DNA from: an uncultured delta proteobacterium
Lineage (GTDB): Bacteria; Myxococcota_A; Polyangia; Polyangiales; Polyangiaceae
Length of the DNA: 64,000 nucleotides
Assembly: GCA_963716725.1 (NCBI GenBank)
Contig: CAVQUB010000008.1
Span: 359,889 to 423,888, forward strand
Reading direction: 5' to 3'
The notes under the pieces were generated by a model, which ran no database searches, was not told the origin of the DNA, and saw only the letters and a program-made list of their open reading frames with translations. Position numbers and translations under genes: made by a program. This document shows positions 38,275 through 48,848 of the stretch, in pieces; position 1 is the first letter of the stretch; every line of letters starts with the position of its first letter.

Positions 38275-38741
38275 GCGACAAACCCAAGGTTCGTACTTGT
38301 CTGTGGTTCGATGGCAAGGGCGAGGAGGCAGCCAAGTTCTACGTGTCGCTGTTGCCCGACAGCGCCATCGAGACGGTGTCACGCCCCGAGCCCGGCAAAC
38401 CAGCGCTGCTCGTCGAACTGTCGCTGGCCGGAACTCCGTACATGTTTCTCAATGGCGGCCCGCGCTACCAACTCTCAGCTGCGGCGTCGATTGCGGTTCG
38501 CACCTCCGACCAGGCGGAGACGGACCGGCTCTGGAGCGCGCTCATCGCTGAAGGTGGTCAAGAGAGCCAGTGCGCTTGGCTCACCGATCGGTTCGGGGTG
38601 TCGTGGCAGATCATACCCGACGCGCTACCGCGCATGCTCGGTGCCGACGACCGCGAAGCTGGAGGGCGGGCCATGCAGGCGATGCTGCAGATGAAGAAGA
38701 TCGACATTGCTGCGCTCGAAGCGGCATTTCGCGGAGAATGA
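38271..38741 (+). CDS. VOC family protein (PhnB/3-demethylubiquinone-9 3-methyltransferase-like)
   Basis: CLWFDG..EEAA.FY, LNGGP, C.WLTDRFGVSWQI, M.AML.MKKID. Confidence 0.92.
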   Translation: MSDKPKVRTCLWFDGKGEEAAKFYVSLLPDSAIETVSRPEPGKPALLVELSLAGTPYMFLNGGPRYQLSAAASIAVRTSDQAETDRLWSALIAEGGQESQCAWLTDRFGVSWQIIPDALPRMLGADDREAGGRAMQAMLQMKKIDIAALEAAFRGE

Positions 38742-38757
38742 TCGAGGTGCGCCGAAC

Positions 38758-39132
38758 ATGAGCGTGAAAACATCAGACGAGTACTTGGAGGGCGTTGCCT
38801 CCGAACAGCGCGCCGCCCTCGAGACCCTGCGAGGACAGATCAACGCTGCGGCGCCAGGTGCTGAGGAGTGCATCAGCTACGGGCAGCCCGCCTTTCGCAG
38901 GGGTCGCGTCATATGCGGATTCGGCGCGACGAAGAAGCACTGCGCCTTCTACATGTTCAACAACGACAGCTTGGCTTCGTTCGCCAAAGACCTCGAGGGC
39001 TTCGACATCAGCAAGGGCACGATCCGTTTCCAGCCCAGCAAGCCGCTGCCGGCAACCCTCGTGAAGAAGCTCGTGAAAGCTCGACTCGCCGAGTGCGCTG
39101 CCCTCGACGCGGCGAGAAGGAAAGCCCGATGA
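38758..39132 (+). CDS. DUF1801/YdhG-like protein
   Basis: DEYL, APGAEECISYGQPAF, SKGTIRF...PLP..LVKKLVKAR. Confidence 0.9.
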   Translation: MSVKTSDEYLEGVASEQRAALETLRGQINAAAPGAEECISYGQPAFRRGRVICGFGATKKHCAFYMFNNDSLASFAKDLEGFDISKGTIRFQPSKPLPATLVKKLVKARLAECAALDAARRKAR

Positions 39133-39587
39133 GCGTGGTGCACGAGACGTTGGTGTTCGAACGGTGCCTTCGCGCTTCAATGGAGACCGTGTTCGCCGGC
39201 TATGCTGATGTCGGTGTGCGCGCCGCGTGGAGCGCTCCGTCGCCGACCGCCGCCGTCGTCTACTCCTCCGATGACTTTCGTGTTGATGGTTCGGATGTGT
39301 TTCGCTGCGGTAGCGCCACCGATCTTCGCTTTCTTGGTGTGGTTAGGTACCTCGATATCCTGGAGGGACAGCGCATCGTGTACAGCGAGACGATCTCCAT
39401 GTCCGAGGCGAGGCTCGCGGCGTCCCTCGTCACTTGGGACCTCAGCGCGGACGGCTCGGGCACGCGGCTCGTTGTGACCGACCAGATCACCTCTTTCGTC
39501 GGACAGGAGATGATCGACGGCAGTCGCGCTGGAATGATCGGAGCCCTCGACAATCTCGTCGAGCTGCTGGACAAGAAGCGCCGGTGA
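39129..39587 (+). CDS. SRPBCC/AHSA1 family protein
   Basis: HETLVFER, DFRVDG, RYLDI...RIVY, TRL..T.Q, LDNL. Confidence 0.88.
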   Translation: MSVVHETLVFERCLRASMETVFAGYADVGVRAAWSAPSPTAAVVYSSDDFRVDGSDVFRCGSATDLRFLGVVRYLDILEGQRIVYSETISMSEARLAASLVTWDLSADGSGTRLVVTDQITSFVGQEMIDGSRAGMIGALDNLVELLDKKRR

Positions 39588-39589
39588 CA

Positions 39590-39736
39590 ATGCAGCTCCA
39601 ACCCATGATTGTCGTGACCGACGTCGAGGCCGCCTCGAGGTGGCTCAGGGATGTCGTCGGCGTCTCCTCGGGCCGCGGCGGCCACGAGTACGAGCTGTCG
39701 ATGAATGCGTGGCTTCAATCGGCGGGTTCACCATGA
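39590..39736 (+). pseudogene. VOC family N-terminal fragment
   Basis: MQLQPMIVVTDVEAASRW...GG.EYE, then ends early. Confidence 0.55.
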
Positions 39737-40124
39737 CAGAGATCGACACATCGCTTTGAGCGTCGCTAGCTTCGCGCGATCGAAGGAGTTCTACGAAACC
39801 GCGCTCGCGCCACTTGGCATCAAGGTGATCATCGAGCGAGCCGGGAGCGCGGGCTTCGGCCGCGCCTTCCCTCACTTTTGGATTCGAGAAGGCGTGGGGA
39901 CGTTTCAAAGTGCACGCCAGATCGAGGTCATCACGCCCGCTCACGTGGCGTTTCGGGCCGCCGACCGCGACCAGGTTGTCGCGTTTCACCAGGCGGCGCT
40001 TCGAGCCGGCGGGATGGACATCGGCGCTCCTGGACCTCGACCGCAGTACCATCCCGGCTACTACGGCGCCTTCGTCGCCGATCCCGACGGGCACAACATC
40101 GAGGCGGTGGTCCATGGCGAGTGA
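39733..40124 (+). CDS. VOC/glyoxalase protein (1-bp frameshift near the start)
   Basis: MTEID then HIAL.V....SK.FY..AL.PLG in another frame; HVAFRA, GAPGPRPQYHPGYYGAFV.DPDGHNIEAV. Confidence 0.85.
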
Positions 40125-40545
40125 CAATCGAAAGCCGATCGTCTTGTCCCCCGGAGCTGGGCGCAGCTATCCGATGGGGCGGATCCAGGCCGTCTTCAAG
40201 GCCGACGAGGCGGAAACGGGCAACGCGTACTCCGTTTCGGAGTGGTGGCTCGACGCCCACACCACGGGCCCAGGCGCTCACGCGCATCCCGAAGACGATG
40301 TGTTCTTCGTGATCGAGGGAACGATGAGTTTTCTCGTCGACACCAAGTGGGTCGACGCGCCCGCAGGTTCCTTTGTGCTCGTGCCCGGCGGGGTGACGCA
40401 TGACTTCGAGAACCGCAGCAATCAGAGGGCTGGCGTGCTCAACTTCTCGAGTGGCGTGTTCGAAGCCGACATGCCGCGCATTGCCGCTTGGTTCCGCGAT
40501 CATCCAGCCGGGGACACGCCCGCGCTGCCGCGCGGCACCACGTAG
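40114..40545 (+). CDS. Cupin domain protein
   Basis: GPGAHAH..DDVFFVIEG, VPGGVTHDFEN. Confidence 0.9.
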   Translation: MASDNRKPIVLSPGAGRSYPMGRIQAVFKADEAETGNAYSVSEWWLDAHTTGPGAHAHPEDDVFFVIEGTMSFLVDTKWVDAPAGSFVLVPGGVTHDFENRSNQRAGVLNFSSGVFEADMPRIAAWFRDHPAGDTPALPRGTT

Positions 40546-40760
40546 GTGCAGCCGCCGGCGCCGCAGCCGTGTTTGACGCCGGTGGAGGCGTCTTGGCCGA
40601 AGCCTTGTTTCGGAGCGGTCACGCAGATTTTCCTGCCTCCCCTCGCGTCGCTACGCTCCGCGGTCCCCTCCTTACCCGGTGCGCGCGAGCGGTGGCGTCT
40701 GGCCAAGACCACTCACGTCCGTTCCGATGCTCGCGCGCGCGCGGGTGGAGGGGACGCGTT
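40520..40760 (-). repeat. Repeat module: 3' fragment of a Cys-rich gene plus a ~105-bp hairpin (other copies 44411-44610 and 48304-48632)
   Basis: CVTAPKQGFGQ.AS.GVKH.CGAGGCTYVVP occurs three times; hairpin GTCCCCTCC...GGAGGGGAC occurs twice. Confidence 0.85.
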
Positions 40761-41028
40761 GTTCCGGGTTCGACGCCGATGGATGTGGAGCTCTCGGTCC
40801 GCGGGTGGAGTGGCGATCGCCACTGGCGAAAGCGTGTTCGCCACCCCTCCGCATCGTCCGGGTGCGGGTAAGCGCAGGTACGCCGCGTCGGCACCGACAA
40901 CCTCCGCACGCTCTACGCCGCCGCGGAGGAGGGCTTCGCGTCGCTGCGCGCGTACTCGGCCAGCATTTCGGAGCGCCCGGCGCCAATCGGCTCTTGCACC
41001 TGTTTGGCGGCCGAGCCCGACGTGGCGC

Positions 41029-41646
41029 TCATCGTCGGGTGATGCCCCCGGGTGCGAGGTGATCGCAAGGCCGTCGAGCGTGCTCACATCGAAAGCGGGT
41101 CTCCATGGGGAATCGCAGCAAGCAGCTCTGCCAGCCCGGTGCGCGCCTCCTGAATGCCGCGCGACGGTTGTCCTCCTCCCGCAGCCAATTCGACACGAGC
41201 AACCCGTCGACAAACTCGAGCGCGGCTCGGAGTATCGGAGCAAGTTCCGCCAACCCCCAGGCCTTGCTCTTCTCGCCCGCAGCATGCTCGTGGTCGGTAA
41301 CCCGATCCGCGGTGATGTGCGCAAGATACCTGCTGGCGAGGCTCCAAATACGCATCAGCGATGCGTCGTTCACCGCGAACCGTGGAAGGTAGTGCTGCGC
41401 GACCACGAAATTGCTCTTCGGCTTGTGAGGCTGGAGGAACTCGCACACATTCCGGGCGTGCAAAGCGCGCAGTTCGACCGTGGCGTTGCTCAGCGCGAGA
41501 GCGGCCAACTCGGGCGCCGCGATGGCCCGCACGTCTGCACGCAAGGCAGCGAGAGAGAGCGCGCCTACGAGCATTCGGATCTCGTATGCGACGAACTCCA
41601 GCGCACGCACGAGCTCCGCGGGGGTGTGATTCTTCACGTTCGGCAT
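41029..41646 (-). CDS. Hypothetical helical protein, possibly HEPN-like
   Basis: YEIRML...LHARNVCEFL...ASRYLAHIT..R pattern; family assignment from memory only. Confidence 0.55.
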   Translation of the reverse strand: MPNVKNHTPAELVRALEFVAYEIRMLVGALSLAALRADVRAIAAPELAALALSNATVELRALHARNVCEFLQPHKPKSNFVVAQHYLPRFAVNDASLMRIWSLASRYLAHITADRVTDHEHAAGEKSKAWGLAELAPILRAALEFVDGLLVSNWLREEDNRRAAFRRRAPGWQSCLLRFPMETRFRCEHARRPCDHLAPGGITRR

Positions 41647-41650
41647 CGCC

Positions 41651-41986
41651 CTATCGGCTGGTCGCGCGGGCGCCGAGCTTGAGAGTGTACATCGCGATGG
41701 ATTGCTTTCGCCGCGCGTTGTAGCGCCGCCACTGGGCAAAGCCGAGTCGTTTGAGCACCGCCTTGGCATTTGACCAGGCCCGTTCCTCCTCCTCCACGAT
41801 GCGCGATCTCTGCTCCGACCTGAGCACTCCACCGTTTTCGGAACGCAAGGCGTTGACCGCCTCCAGGTACTCCGGAGTCCGATTGCCCTTCTTCGACGAC
41901 AAGTAGTGCCCGTCCTCGTGAGCCAGCGTGAGCAGCTCCTCGAGCGGTTTCGTGACCAGGTCCGACGCGTGGTGGTCGCTAGGCAT
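41651..41986 (-). CDS. HExxH zinc-metallopeptidase-like protein (may extend upstream through a frameshift)
   Basis: LAHEDGH followed by EEERAW. Confidence 0.6.
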   Translation of the reverse strand: MPSDHHASDLVTKPLEELLTLAHEDGHYLSSKKGNRTPEYLEAVNALRSENGGVLRSEQRSRIVEEEERAWSNAKAVLKRLGFAQWRRYNARRKQSIAMYTLKLGARATSR

Positions 41987-42390
41987 TGGCTCGCCTGGCG
42001 GATATCGAACAATCGAACGTAGTGCTCTCCGCTTTTGTGCACGTCATGCAGCCCGGCAGCGCCTGGCGAATCGCCAAGGTCTGGCGAATTGGGGCGGAAC
42101 AAGGGCCTGGCAGACAGGGAACGTCCGCCGAGCGAGAGCAGAGCCGGGCCCGGCTCGTCCGTGACGCCGCTATGACGAATCACGAGGGCCCAGTCGAAGA
42201 CGAGTTGCTGGATGCCCGTTGGTCTTCGGGAGTTGGCCGACGCCAGCGCGTTTCCGCGGAACCGACGCCGGGGGCGCATCTGGTTCTGGCCGGCCTGTCT
42301 CCCGTGACGCCGGGAAGGCGTGAGCCGTGGTCAAGAAACGTCAGCCCTCCTCCAGCATCGGCCGCTGCCTCGGTGTATCGTAGCCGCAGG

Positions 42391-43143
42391 ATGTCGGACG
42401 GCAGCAGCATCGAGTGGACGGACGCCACGTGGAACCCCGTGCGGGGCTGCACCAAGGTCTCCCCTGGCTGCAAGCACTGCTACGCCGAGACCTTCGCCGA
42501 GCGGTTCCGTGGCGTCCCTGGTCACCCGTTCGAGCAGGGCTTCGATCTTCGGCTCATCCAGAGTGCTCTCGACCTTCCGCTCAGGTGGAGGGGCAGCCGG
42601 CGTATCTTCGTCAACAGCATGTCGGACCTGTTCCACGAGGACGTACCGACTGACTACATCCGGCGGGTTTTCGATGTGATCCGTCGTGCCCAGCAGCACC
42701 AGTTCCAGATCCTCACGAAGAGGTCGGAACGCCTTGTCGATGTCTGCTCCGAGATCAACCTCCCGCCGAACGCCTGGCTCGGGGTCAGCGTGGAGAACCA
42801 GAAGTACACGACCCGCATCGCCGACCTTGGGAAGGTGAAGGCTTCGGTTCGCTTCCTGAGTATCGAGCCATTGCTTGGCCCCATCGAGAACTTGCGGCTC
42901 TCGGGCATCCACTGGGTAATCGTCGGCGGAGAGAGCGGCCACCACGCCCGCCCAATGGACTCAGCATGGGTGCGGTCGATCCGAGACCAGTGCGCTCGGG
43001 CTGACGTACCATTCTTCTTCAAGCAGTGGGGCGGCGTCCGGAAGAAGCTGACCGGACGGGAACTTGATGGGCGGACGTGGGACGAGATGCCGGCGGCCCG
43101 CCCGATCTCGACACGGCGACTGCTGGGCATGGTGGCAACTTGA
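42391..43143 (+). CDS. DUF5131 / phage Gp37Gp68 family protein
   Basis: [68 protein letters not shown]. Confidence 0.95.
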   Translation: MSDGSSIEWTDATWNPVRGCTKVSPGCKHCYAETFAERFRGVPGHPFEQGFDLRLIQSALDLPLRWRGSRRIFVNSMSDLFHEDVPTDYIRRVFDVIRRAQQHQFQILTKRSERLVDVCSEINLPPNAWLGVSVENQKYTTRIADLGKVKASVRFLSIEPLLGPIENLRLSGIHWVIVGGESGHHARPMDSAWVRSIRDQCARADVPFFFKQWGGVRKKLTGRELDGRTWDEMPAARPISTRRLLGMVAT

Positions 43144-43155
43144 GGGGGACGTGGC

Positions 43156-44292
43156 ATGGCCGCACCGAAGACTACGACCTGGTCGCTTGAGCCGCACACG
43201 AAGGCCAAGCACGAGATCCTGAAGCGGTACCTCCATGCGTGGACCGCCATCCTCGGGTCCGGCAAGTTTCCGCTGATCCTCTACGTTGACGGCTTCTCCG
43301 GCCCGGGGCGGTACGCCAACGGAGAGGACGGCTCGCCCGCAATCGCTCTGCGGGCCGCTCTGGCGCACAGCCAACGGATCAAGAGCAAGGTCCGCTTCCA
43401 GTTCATCGAGGAGAACGCCGAGCGAGCGGCCATGCTGGAGCAAGTGATCAGCGAGATCGACCGGCCGGACAGCTTCGCAGTCCGGATCACCAATGGGACG
43501 TTCGAGGCCGGGATGAAAGAGATCCTGGGCTGGTGCAAGGCGAACAGGCAATCCCTTCCGCCCACGTTTGCGTTCGTCGATCCATTCGGCTGGACCGGAG
43601 CCCCCTTCGCTCTGGTCCAGGAAATCCTCTCCCACCCAAGTTGCGAGGTCATGATCAACTTCATGTACGAAGAGACCAACCGGTTCCTCAGCCACCGCGA
43701 CCAGGACGAGAACTTCGATCAACTCTTCGGGACGGACGACTGGAAGCCCCTGGTGCAGATCAAGAAGGCCACGGAGCGTCGCCAGGCGATCCATGCGCTC
43801 TACCAGAAGCAACTCCAATCGGTGGCGAAGTTCGTGCGCTCCTTCGAGATGCGGAACGAGAAAGACGCCACGGACTACTTTCTGTTCTTCGCAACCAACA
43901 ACGCAACGGGGCACAAAAAGATGAAGGAGGCGATGTGGACCGTCGATCAGTCCGGCGAGTTCACCTTCTCGGACGCGACGAATCCCGGTCAGGCGCTCCT
44001 CTTCGGCAAGCCAAATCTTGCCGCTCTCCGAGCCGAGATCGTCCGGAAGTTCGCCGGAATCACGACGACGGTCGGAGCGGTCGAGCGCTTCGTGCTGGAG
44101 GAGACGGCATTCAGGGAGACCCACCACAAGGGCGTGCTCAAGGAGCTGGAGCTGGCGTCACCGCCAGGGCTCATCGTCGTGAATCCACCCAGCACGAGGA
44201 AGAAGGGAACGTTCGCGAATCCGGCGTTGCAACTGCGGTTCGCGCCATCATCGCCCGTCGTGAGCGACCAAGACGGGCACCACATTGGCTAG
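43156..44292 (+). CDS. tcmP: Three-Cys-motif partner protein (SAM-methyltransferase-like)
   Basis: HTKAKHEIL..YL.AW, YVDGFSGPG.Y, GSP, FVDPFG, EVMINF, YFLFFAT, MKEAMW. Confidence 0.9.
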   Translation: MAAPKTTTWSLEPHTKAKHEILKRYLHAWTAILGSGKFPLILYVDGFSGPGRYANGEDGSPAIALRAALAHSQRIKSKVRFQFIEENAERAAMLEQVISEIDRPDSFAVRITNGTFEAGMKEILGWCKANRQSLPPTFAFVDPFGWTGAPFALVQEILSHPSCEVMINFMYEETNRFLSHRDQDENFDQLFGTDDWKPLVQIKKATERRQAIHALYQKQLQSVAKFVRSFEMRNEKDATDYFLFFATNNATGHKKMKEAMWTVDQSGEFTFSDATNPGQALLFGKPNLAALRAEIVRKFAGITTTVGAVERFVLEETAFRETHHKGVLKELELASPPGLIVVNPPSTRKKGTFANPALQLRFAPSSPVVSDQDGHHIG

Positions 44293-44739
44293 GGCCGTGA
44301 CACGCGGCGTTGTCATTTCCCCCGCGTGTTCTCCGCCAGTCTTCGTCCGAGTTCTGTTGCTTTGGCGGCGCGAATCATCGCCTGGCTCCGTGCGGAGTTC
44401 TTCTCGCGCCTCACTCCGCGCACCCCATCCCGAGCGGGCCCGCCGTGAGCAAGTACTTCGGTGACGGACACGACCTCACGCACACGGGCAAGCTGCAACC
44501 CGCGCTGCCGCGCGGCACCACGTAGGTGCAGCCGCCGGCGCCGCAGGCGTGCTTGACGCCGGCGGAGGCGTCTTGGCCGAAGCCTTGTTTCGGAGCGGTC
44601 ACGCAGAAGCCGAAGATGTTCACCTTGCCGGCAGGGCATCCGCTGTTCTGCGCGACGGGGCAGGTGTTGAAGTGACGCGGGCGGAGAATTCCCAGAACTT
44701 TACCGGGGTCGCGCCCGAGCCGCTCGGCGAGTCCCCCGC

Positions 44740-45603
44740 TCAGTCCGCCGGCACCGGATCTGCGCAGCAGCGGATGCCGACGTAGTCGTCCCAGGCGCCC
44801 CCGGACATCGTCGTGTCCGACTGGCACCGCGCGTCCTCGAGCGGCGAGACCACACTGCCTCCACGCAGCCGGCAGGTGCCGCTGCCAGGGACCGCGGTGT
44901 TGCAGGAGTCCTCCCACTCTGCCACGTTGCCGCTCAGGTCGAGCAAGCCGGTGAAGCCGCCTTCGCACGCGCTGTTCCAACCGACGTAGTTCGCCTTCTT
45001 GGCGGTCGGGTGCTCCGCCGTAAAGCACCTCATGCTTTCGAAGGTATTGCCGTAGGGGTACGTGCGCTCGCCGCCGCGGCTGCACGCGAAGTACCACTCG
45101 CTCTCGCCGGGAGCGGCGAACTTGCTGAACTTCGCGGCGCCTCCGCCGGGGCGTCCGCACAGCCGCTGACCCGCCCACTGGCAATACGCCCGAGCATCGC
45201 ACCAGTCCACGTTCACCCGTGGGCGCAGCGAGCGGGGCGTCTTGGAGGCCCACGGGATTTCGTAGTGGGTGTTCGAGGCACAGCCCGCCGGCTGACCGGC
45301 GATGGAGGGATTCTCGTCCAGGAAGTCGGCGTAGTCGTGCTCGGTCACCTCGGTCGAGCCGACGCAGAACCAGCCCGCCGGTGACTCGACGGCGACCAGC
45401 TCCGGCCCCGGGCCGTCCGGGCAGAAGACCGCGAGCCCACCCGAGCCGCCGACGCCGCCCTGTCCGCCGCTCGCACCGGCCGCGCCGCCGTCCGGCGCGC
45501 CGCCCGCGCCCCCTGCCACCACGATGGTCTCTGTCCTGCCAGAACAGGCGGCTCCAAACAGCCCGAACGGCAGCAGCCAAGCATAGCGCCACATGTCACC
45601 CAC
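44740..45603 (-). CDS. FGE-sulfatase family lipoprotein
   Basis: Lipobox GAAC, TEVT, VDWCDA..YC, DLSGNVAEW, GIRCC. Confidence 0.9.
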   Translation of the reverse strand: MGDMWRYAWLLPFGLFGAACSGRTETIVVAGGAGGAPDGGAAGASGGQGGVGGSGGLAVFCPDGPGPELVAVESPAGWFCVGSTEVTEHDYADFLDENPSIAGQPAGCASNTHYEIPWASKTPRSLRPRVNVDWCDARAYCQWAGQRLCGRPGGGAAKFSKFAAPGESEWYFACSRGGERTYPYGNTFESMRCFTAEHPTAKKANYVGWNSACEGGFTGLLDLSGNVAEWEDSCNTAVPGSGTCRLRGGSVVSPLEDARCQSDTTMSGGAWDDYVGIRCCADPVPAD

Positions 45604-46477
45604 CTCCGCTCAGGTAGGCGTCTCGGTGTTTCAGCGCCCAGGCTCTGGCCTCGTCGCACTCGAACTTGATCGTCGGAGCGAGCTTCCCGACGGTGTCGCA
45701 CATCAGCATCTTCTCCGTGGAACACTCGGACTTTGGCCGGTGGCTCATGGACAGCACGTGCCCAAGCTCGTGCGAGAGGACCAGGTCCCTGTTCACCACG
45801 TCGAGGTTCTCCAGACCCACCACCAGGAATCCCGCGTCAGAACAGCCCGAGTCCTCGGGGTCGCAGGCGACGTCCACGACAGGCGTCGGCTGGTTGCACG
45901 CGGTGGGCTGTACCGTCCAGTTGAAGATGACCCGCGGGAGGTCGCTGCGCACGCCAGGCAGCGCGTTTGCGAGCGCATCCAGGGAATACAGGCGGGGGCG
46001 GATCTCGTAGGCGGAGTCGCAGAGCAGCTTCTCGGCGCGTCCATCGAGTCGCTTCAGCTCGAAGCGCTCTTTTTCGACGCGCAGCTCGTTGAAAGACACG
46101 AGACGGAATTGGATGTTGCACTCGTTGAAGATGTCGTCGGGCAGTGTGAAGGGGTCGGCCCACCTGCGCCCCTTGAACTGGGTTGTGCGGTGCGCCCACT
46201 GGCCCTGCACTTGTTTCAGGAGCCCGCCGCTGGTGACCCGCTGCCGTTTGGCTCGCCAACGGTCATCCCACAGCAAGTCCTGCCGGGGCGTGCCGAACGT
46301 CGCCTTCATCACTGCCTCGAGGCTGGCGGCGCCGTACTTGGGCAACACCAAGATCGCCTGGATTGGGACCACGATCACGTCCGGGTGGAGTTGAAGACGG
46401 GTCGCATTCGACGCGAGCGTGGCCTTCCAGTCCGCGCGGAGCTTCGACGCGGTGACCGTCGAGATCAGCGCTCGCAT
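45596..46477 (-). CDS. Metzincin-like zinc peptidase domain protein
   Basis: HELGHVLSMSH followed by a Met-turn-like LMC. Confidence 0.6.
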   Translation of the reverse strand: MRALISTVTASKLRADWKATLASNATRLQLHPDVIVVPIQAILVLPKYGAASLEAVMKATFGTPRQDLLWDDRWRAKRQRVTSGGLLKQVQGQWAHRTTQFKGRRWADPFTLPDDIFNECNIQFRLVSFNELRVEKERFELKRLDGRAEKLLCDSAYEIRPRLYSLDALANALPGVRSDLPRVIFNWTVQPTACNQPTPVVDVACDPEDSGCSDAGFLVVGLENLDVVNRDLVLSHELGHVLSMSHRPKSECSTEKMLMCDTVGKLAPTIKFECDEARAWALKHRDAYLSGGG

Positions 46478-46897
46478 TCTGACCTCCCAGTTGGAATGCT
46501 ACGCGCATGTGAGCGCTTCATCAGGCGAGGGCGCGTGGTCGGCGTCTTGAATGCCTTCGCGCTGGGCCCGAGTCGTGAGACCCCGCAGTGCGCAACCTGC
46601 GCAACCTGCACTTCCGGCACCCGCACGCGGCGTCCAGGTGCCGCCTGCCGCGTTCACCTCGAGCGGCAAGCTGATGGTGACCGGTGTCTTCACAACAACG
46701 GGTCGGACTGGGTGCCGCCGACCATGGCGCTCACTCCGACCAGTCGGTCGGGGCATCTGGATTCGAACAACTTTCACGCCCGGCGATGACGCCGAAAACC
46801 GGGAATAGAGTGGAAACCGCTGCGGGTGCCTGACTGTGTCGAATCTACCGATTGCATCGGTAGCGACCTGGGGCGCGGGCGGCTACACTTGACCCCG

Positions 46898-47143
46898 ATG
46901 CAGCCCCTGAAGGCCAAGGTCCACAACGGCCGACTCGTTCTGGACGCGCCCACCGATTTGCCCGAGGGCGAGGTTGTCGATCTCGTTCCCGTTGACGAGG
47001 TGCTGGCCAGGGGCGGGGACTATCTGGACGAAGAAGAGCGGCGGCAGCTTCACGAGTCCCTTCGAAAGGGCATCGAGCAAATGAAGGCTGGCCAGCTCAT
47101 CGACGCCGACGCGGCGATCGCCGAGCTTCGTGCCCATCGATGA
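46898..47143 (+). CDS. Antitoxin
   Basis: LKAKVHNGRLVLD.PTDLPEG..V; overlaps the toxin start; TACACT upstream. Confidence 0.8.
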   Translation: MQPLKAKVHNGRLVLDAPTDLPEGEVVDLVPVDEVLARGGDYLDEEERRQLHESLRKGIEQMKAGQLIDADAAIAELRAHR

Positions 47144-47433
47144 GGCTAAGGCTCACGCCCAGAGCGCTTGCCGAGGCCAAGCGGAAGAAGACCTGGTGGC
47201 TGCGGAACCGGCCGGCCGTACCGGACCTCTTCGAGCAGGAGCTGATCGCGACGTTCGATTCGATCATCGCAATGCCGACCATCGGCGCCGACTACCGCGC
47301 TGACTTCGATGTCCAAGTCCGCAGAGTGCTCATGCCGAAGACTCGGAACCACGTCTACTTCACGGTCAGAGGCGAGGAAGTGGTGATTCTGTCTGTTTGG
47401 GGCGCGCAGCGGGCTCGGGGCCCCAAAGTCTAG
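47140..47433 (+). CDS. RelE/ParE toxin
   Basis: LTPRA.....WW..NRP....F..EL, VRRVLM....HVYF, ILSVWG..R..GP. Confidence 0.88.
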   Translation: MRLRLTPRALAEAKRKKTWWLRNRPAVPDLFEQELIATFDSIIAMPTIGADYRADFDVQVRRVLMPKTRNHVYFTVRGEEVVILSVWGAQRARGPKV

Positions 47434-48848
47434 CGCAGCACGCAGCCTGCCATCGACCGGGCGACGGGCAGTATCTTGGAAACCGCTCGAGGGTGCGAGG
47501 AGAGTGCTGCGTTGTTCGAAGCTTGGCCGTTGGCTCGGCGGATTGTGGGGATTTGAACCACCCGCTCCGGGAACCGCGACATCAACGATTGCGCGGAGCT
47601 GCGGTTACAGCAACCCGACGAGGGAACCGCGGGAGACGACGAGACGCGACGCTGGCAACAGCTTGGAACCGCCGAGACGAAAGGTCGGTGCTGCTGCTCA
47701 GCGTGCCGCCCGCTACCTCTCAGCGGGCGGGCTTACTCGGAAACTTCTCGTGCTGCGTCCGCGAGCTCCGCGAAGGCCGCTGGTCGCCGCGAGCGGAAGT
47801 ACTCCAGGACGCAACTGCGCACGAACGGTCGTACCCGCCACGCTGCCCCGAGCGACGTACTACCGGAGTCGCCGGCCAGTACTCGAAGGAGCGCGCCGGC
47901 CGCGCGGAGGACTGCCCCAGCATTCGAGGTGCTTTCTCGACCGCTACGCGCAGCGTCTGCTTGGCTACGCTCGGCGCCGCGATGGCGGTGACGTGTCGTG
48001 CGCCCTCAGGTCAATCCCAAGGCGTTGCGACGCCTCGGGTCGAGCCCAGCAACCTCGGACTGCCGGAAGCGGGCGCCCGAGCGTCCGATGGGGGCGTCAA
48101 TGACGCGACGATCGCTCCAGCGAGCCCCGAGGAGGTGCCCATCGAGCGCTTGATCGTGGAGGCAGCGGCCTACTTCGGGCGGCGAGTCACCACCACCGGT
48201 TGGGTGGTGTCATGCGCCGCAGCCATCATCTGTAAGATGATCAAATGCGGGAGCTGCGGCGGCGAAGTGAGCCGTTGTTCCGTCTGGACCGCCGACTCGC
48301 GCCTCACTCCGAGCAGCCGAGCCCGAGCGGTCCCGCCGTGAGCAAGTACTTCGGGCTAGGGCACGACTTCACGCACACCGGCAAGCTGCAACCCGCGCTG
48401 CCCTTCGGCACCACGTAGGTGCAGCCGCCGGCGCCGCAGCCGTGTTTGACGCCGGTCGAGGCGACTTGGCCGAAGCCTTGTTTCGGAGCGGTCACGCAGA
48501 TTTTCCTGCCTCCCCTCGCGTCGCTCCACTCCGCGGTCCCCTCCTTACCCGGCGCGCGCGAGCGGTGGCGTCCGGCCAAGACCACTCACGTCCGTGCCGA
48601 TGGTCGCGCGCGCGCGGGTGGAGGGGACGCGTCGCTCCGCGCTGGGTGCGCGCTCGCCACCTGTGGGCAAGGCTCGCTCCGCACTTGGGGGCGCTCGCTT
48701 CGATGGCAGCTCGTGAGATTCCGGAGTGGCGATCGACGCGCTTCGTGACACCCGGAGGGGTGCCACTGGCGAAAATCGCCTTCGCCACCCCGGCCTGTAG
48801 CGAAATCGCCGTAATCGCACGAGCACTCGGTGCTCGCCTGGTACCAAC

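Noticed and set aside
47531..47562. tRNA 3' remnant (minus strand GGTTCAAATCC...CCA)
   Set aside because: The T-stem does not pair fully, spacing to CCA is wrong, and no cloverleaf is evident.
40520..48500. Diversity-generating retroelement (repeated 3' module, hairpin, FGE/CLec-fold genes nearby)
   Set aside because: No reverse transcriptase in the window, and differences between copies are largely synonymous rather than adenine-specific.
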